A stretch of 63,819 nucleotides of DNA, filler included, from Pelomyxa schiedti (taxonomy: Eukaryota; Protista; Evosea): NCBI GenBank assembly GCA_020536535.1. It is 7 parts of 7 records of this genome, joined end to end, with 100 filler letters (N's around TTAATTAATTAA, not from the genome) between each part and the next. Parts side by side here need not be neighbours in the genome. Positions count along the whole stretch, not along the records: positions 46,306 to 63,819 come from JAHLWZ010000024.1; 6 more parts are not named here. One strand, written 5' to 3'. The position numbers and the translations under genes are program-made. Shown here in pieces: positions 58,467 to 63,819 of this stretch. Position 1 is the first letter of the stretch. Every line of letters begins with the position of its first letter. Under the pieces are notes generated by a model, which was not told the origin of the DNA, searched no databases, and worked only from the letters and a program-made list of their open reading frames with translations.

Positions 58467-61400
58467 GGTAATACGGTCGCCGGAACTTGTTGTGGAGTCC
58501 AGGGTTGTACGGACACTGCAGGCGGTTCTTCTGGTACGACGGATTGAGGGTAGAGGGGTATAACTAATGGTGATGGATCAAATAGATCAGGTGGTAATAC
58601 AATCGGGGGTAATGGAACAGAATTAGCTTCGGTATGAGCACTCCCACTAAGGTCAATTACACTTGGCGTAAATTCAGGTATTTCCGGGTTTGTATATGCT
58701 TGAAATCCCTCATTACTTACATCATCCGGCAGGTTTATGAACGCTGATGCTTGACTATCAGGTTGGAATTCAGCGGGAATAAGCGGTAGTAATGTATTCT
58801 CAGGTGCGGATGCTTGTGGAGCAATCGGCTCCACCTCAGGAACTGGAATATTAGCACGCGGTTCACTATTTGTACTTGGCGGAATATTAGTGTTTGGATC
58901 AATATTCGTAGTGGCAGTGTTCTCAGTTGAAGTCTGGGATGGGATGTTAGACTGTTTACGTGGTCTTCCTCGCTTTGGATCCCTTGGCGATATCGGCAGT
59001 TCGGGTGCTTTCTGCTTGCGTTATCTCTGGGAATGATCCTTGCGTTCCCATACCTCTAGAACTTCCTTGTCTACTTCATCACGTGGCATCCATTGAGCTT
59101 CTGATCGAGCATGACCTTGGAACTTGACTTTGAATTCTTCCCCATGCCGGGTTACTCGATGCATCAACACTTGTTCTTGCTTGTACACAATAGGTTGAGA
59201 CACAACTTCTCTCCGTTGTCCTTCTACATATAACTTCAATCTAGCAACGTGGACAGTTTCCTCCATTTGTGAAGGTCCAAAATCTAGTACACGAGTTAAT
59301 TGCGTTGGAACCTTGATGATGCGGTAGGGTCCATTCCACTTGGGTAGACCCGCTTTCAGTTGATTTGGTGATGCTTTCAGCATGACCTTGGTACCAACAT
59401 CCATAGCCTTTGCTAGCTTTGTGACTCTCCTTTTCATTGCCAGATGTTGACGTTCTTTCTCATGTGCTTGCTTTTCACGAATCACTTCACGAACTCCTTG
59501 TCTCTGCTGCACCATTACTTTCGGGGTGCCAAGCAGTGACTACATCCTGCTTGATCTTCCAAGTTCGACAGAATTCAGCATTTACTTTGGCAACGAAGTC
59601 TGTACCGCGATCACTGCGCAGTTGACACGGACATCCTTGTTTAGTTATCCAAATCTTCTCGATGGCCTTCACGACAGTCGCGGCTGATTGATCATGAAGG
59701 GCCTTCAAATGTACAACCTTACTATAGAGGTCAACCATAACCAATCCCATAGTTCTGCCTTTGGTCGACTTAGGGCTAGGACCCCATAAGTCCATGGCAA
59801 CTATGTCGTTAGGATATTTTGCATAGATAGATTTAGGTGAGTACCCTGGTGTTGCTTTCCTGTATTGCTGACATAGCGGACAGGATTCAACCCAGTCGCG
59901 TACATCTTCGTACATATTCGGCCACCAGTACTTGGCAGCAATAGCATGAAAGGTCTTGAATACTCCAAAATGTCCACCGCCTTGGATAGAATCATGATAC
60001 CGCGCCATGATGGTGTTCTTCCAAGGTTCTGGCACACATAACTTCAAACTCTTAGCAGCTTTCTTATTCTTGACAGGCTTCTCGAGATGAAACAACTTCT
60101 CATCTTGGATTGTATACCACTGTTTTTGTGCTTCAAGCTCAGCTTGCTTTTCCGGCGTATACGCTTCCAGACTCTCCCCTTTACAAGCCCGCCATACATC
60201 TTGGTAATGAGCATCCTCTTGTTGAGCTTGTGAGAGGTCCGGTAGCTGATCAGTGTCTAACACCACAGCAATGTACCCATGTGGTGTGTAACTCTTCCCA
60301 TCATTTTCTTCCGGAACTTCCTTATGATTCACTCTAGTCAAACCATCTGAAATGTTAGACTTTCCCAGTCGGTGGAGAATTGTGTAATTATACTCTTGTA
60401 ACGCAAGTGCCGAGATTTCCCTTCGTTGGTCTGCATCTTAGCTACGGCTGTGGCATCAGTGATTAGAGTAAAATGTTTACCCCATAAGTAGCATTCAAGT
60501 TTCTCCACAGCCCAAGCGGCGGCCAGCGCTTCCTTTTCAGTGATATGGTATCTCGTCTCGGCATCTCTCATTCTTCTACTGATAAACACAATAGGTGCAC
60601 CCTCGCCGTTGGCTTTGGCTTGTGTCAAGGTAGCCGCCAGTACATTATCGGAAGCATCGGTCTCCAACCGAAACTCGCGAGAGCAGTCCGGATAATGCAA
60701 TACAGGTGCCGTCGCCAATGCGGTCTTCAATAATCCAAAGGCTCGATTCTCACTTCTTCCCCAGTGGAAGATAGCACACTTTTTCTTCAAATCCTCCAAG
60801 GGAGCAGAGAGCTTCGCAAAGTCCTTCACGAACTGTCTATAGTATCCCACTAAACCTAAAAAGCTTCTAACCTCTGCGACATTAGTTGGGGGTTGAATAN
60901 NNNNNNNNNNNNNNNNNNNNNNNNNNNNNNNNNNNNNNNNNNNNNNNNNNNNNNNNNNNNNNNNNNNNNNNNNNNNNNNNNNNNNNNNNNNNNNNNNNNC
61001 TTTCTTATTCTTGACAGGCTTCTCGAGATGAAACAACTTCTCATCTTGGATTGTATACCACTGTTTTTGTGCTTCAAGCTCAGCTTGCTTTTCCGGCGTA
61101 TACGCTTCCAGACTCTCCCCCTTACAAGCCCGCCATACATCTTGGTAATGAGCATCCTCTTGTTGAGCTTGTGAGAGGTCCGGTAGCTGATCAGTGTCTA
61201 ACACCACAGCAATGTGCCCATGTGGTGTGTAACTCTTCCCATCGTATTCTTCCGGAACTTCCTTATGATTCACTCTAGTCAAACCATCTGAAATGTTAGA
61301 CTTTCCTGGTCGGTGGAGAATTGTGTAATTATACTCTTGTAACGCAAGTGCCCATCGACCCATACGAGATTTCCCTTCGTTGGTCTGCATCTTAGCTACG

Positions 61401-63819
61401 GCCGTGGCATCAGTAATTAGAGTAAAATGTTTACCCCATAAGTAGCATTCAAGTTTCTCCACAGCCCAAGCGGCAGCCAGCGCTTCCTTTTCAGTGATAT
61501 GGTATCTCGTCTCCGCATCTCTCATTCTTCTACTGATAAACACAATAGGTACAACCTCGCCGTTGGCTTTGGCTTGTGTCAAGGTAGCCGCCAGTACATT
61601 ATCGGAAGCATCGGTCTCCAACCGAAACTCGCGAGACCAGTCCGGATAATGCAATACAGGTGCCGTCGCCAATGCGGTCTTCAACAATCCAAAGGCTCGA
61701 TTCTCATTTCTGCCCCAGTGGAAGATAGCACCCTTTTTCTTCAAATCCTCCAAGGGAGCAGAGAGCTTCGCAAAGTCCTTCACGAACTGTCTATAGTATC
61801 CCACTAAACCTAAAAAGCTTCTAACCTCTGCGACATTAGTTGGGGGTTGAATANNNNNNNNNNNNNNNNNNNNNNNNNNNNNNNNNNNNNNNNNNNNNNN
61901 NNNNNNNNNNNNNNNNNNNNNNNNNNNNNNNNNNNNNNNNNNNNNNNNNNNNNCTTTTTCTTCAAATCCTCCAAGGGAGCAGAGAGCTTCGCAAAGTCCT
62001 TCACGAACTGTCTATAGTATCCCACTAAACCTAAAAAGCTTCTAACCTCTGCGACATTAGTTGGGGGTTGAATATCATTGACAGCGATAACTTTCCCGGG
62101 ATCAGGTCTTACTCCACTCTGTCCAACAATATGCCCAAGGTGCTTGAGCTCTTGTTTTGCGAACTGACATTTGGACAGATTGATCGGTAGACCCGCTTCT
62201 TCAATGCAAGTGAGCACCTTGTCCACCCATCCAAGGTGTTCCTCAAAAGTACCCTTCGAGAATATCACAACGTCGTCTATGTACACCATACAGTGAAGCG
62301 GCATGAGTCCGGCTAGAACAACATTCATTAATCGCTGGAAGGTGGCTGGAGCATTGGTCAGCCCAAAGGGCATGACTCTAAACTCGTACAGCCCAGAGCG
62401 TGTGCGGAACGCGGACTTTGCCCTTGCCTCAGCAGTCAGGTCCACTTGCCAATATCCAGACTTGAGGTCTAACCCCGTATACAGGTTGGAACCTCCCAAG
62501 TTGTCCAGCATTTCATCTATGCGAGGCATGGGTAAGCAACCTTCGTGGTGACCCCATTCAATGCTCTGTAATCAACGCAGAATCTCATGCTACCATCCGG
62601 CTTACGCACTAGCACAACGGGAGCTGCCCATGGGCTAGTTGATGGTTGTATAACTCCTTGGGAAAGCATCTTGGTGACTTCCTTTTCAATCAACTCCTGT
62701 TGAGCAGGCCTTACGATACATAGGAAGGGCAATTGGCACGGCGGAGCCTGTCTCAATGGGATGCTGCAATACTGTAGTGTGGCCAGTGACAACGCCATCA
62801 CTACACGCGTGAAGATGCTTCGTCAACAATGCTCGGATTAGTCTTTGCTGGGATTCTTCCAGTGGCTCCATATTCAGGCCACGTATCAAATCCCGTTTCA
62901 CATTCATATCTCCTGGTACAGCCTCACTCTTCGACATTCCTCCCTTGACTTCTTGCCTAGAAGGCTTGCCAGAAATGTCGAGAGTTCCAACGGAAGCTAT
63001 TACCTTCTTCTCCTCCAATGCATACACTTTATAATTACACATACCTCTGGTTAGCCTGATGGCCTTTGCGGTGGGATTCGTAACAAGCACAGGTATCTTC
63101 CCCCACTCATCAACTCTAGCCACCACTGCCGCGCAGAGTAATTCCTTACTGGAGACATCAGGTTCCACTAGGACTTCCTCACCAACATTGAACTTACCAG
63201 CACGGATTCTTTGCACCGAAAATGTTCTAGCTCGAATCCTCCCTTTCAGAGATAGACTTACCGTTTGAGGTCGCGCAGTACCCAAATCACAATGTATGGC
63301 TGGGATACCACACATCTTGATGATTCTTTCTCTGCATTCGATTCGTGCGTCTTGCTCAGCGAGCCAATCAACTCCCAATATCACCGGGACTATGAGGCCT
63401 CGCACAACGTAGGCTCGGAGCATTCTCTTATGACCTTGTATCACAATAGGAAAGGTACATAGCCCAATTTGCTCAATCTCACTCTTACCCACTGCAAGGT
63501 TGAAAGCCATCCTTGCAGGCCTTGCTGGTATATGCAAAGTCCGGAAACATTCTTCATCAATTAAAGAAACATCTGCTCCAGTATCCACTTTGGCCGTCAC
63601 CCGTTCTCCCGTAGGCAGAGTGACTGCCAAATCCAACGCCACTGGTATTCTCCTCAGCACAGCTGCCACATTTGGCTTGCCTCTGAAATGTCTCGTAGAT
63701 GTCCAACGTTCAAAGAATAAAGAGCTCCTTACTGTAGAAAGAATTCTGTTAATTCCTCTTAGCAACCTGTGGCGGTGGAGCCCTGAGGGGCCGTCACAGG
63801 TGTGGTGTTTAAAGACGGG
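58467..63819 (-). mobile_element. Ty3/Gypsy chromovirus family A: gag end, protease, RT, RNase H, integrase, chromodomain; defective and/or collapsed from several copies
   Basis: [42 protein letters not shown] core, chromodomain. Frameshifts near 62710 and 62530, a deletion near 59510, a premature TAA at 59021, and segments repeated across gaps. Confidence 0.95.
63766..63813 (-). promoter_or_regulatory. -1 programmed ribosomal frameshift signal (gag-pol)
   Basis: Slippery T_TTA_AAC (63813-63807), 6-nt spacer, then hairpin CCTGTG-A-CGG-CCC-CTCA-GGG-CTCCA-CCG-C-CACAGG. Confidence 0.8.

Noticed and set aside
62517-62801. Programmed frameshifts within pol
   Set aside because: They break conserved RT N-terminal motifs (YR.., YPMPRI) with no slippery site or structure, so they are more likely mutations or errors.

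Overview
Intron-rich eukaryotic (protist) DNA. The window is not one locus. It is seven unrelated contigs joined by an artificial 44N-TTAATTAATTAA-44N six-frame-stop linker, and it also holds eight 100-N scaffold gaps whose edges often repeat sequence. The expanded intronless 'HPRCG...' protein family and the short AT-rich introns resemble the anaerobic archamoeba Pelomyxa; this is from recall and is not verified. Protein genes: two tandem Sel1-repeat genes, importin-alpha, a ricin-lectin/GDPD gene (two copies), a GT2-GT4 glycosyltransferase, a TPR/F-box gene, Exo70, an old-yellow-enzyme oxidoreductase, WDR18/Ipi3, a TRIM-like gene with a Gly-rich tail, a secreted rhodanese, an SH3-SH3-RING-TRAF gene, three TLDc paralogues, a KCTD3/SHKBP1-like gene and an intronless astacin-UBR-box fusion. 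Also present are tRNA-Trp, tRNA-Glu, and Ty3/Gypsy chromovirus fragments with a clear -1 frameshift signal. The most striking item is a full cloverleaf tRNA gene with a CUA (amber) anticodon and Tyr-type identity elements whose D-loop carries a 65-nt self-closing hairpin insertion (22896-23033; identical 3' half at 11228-11285).
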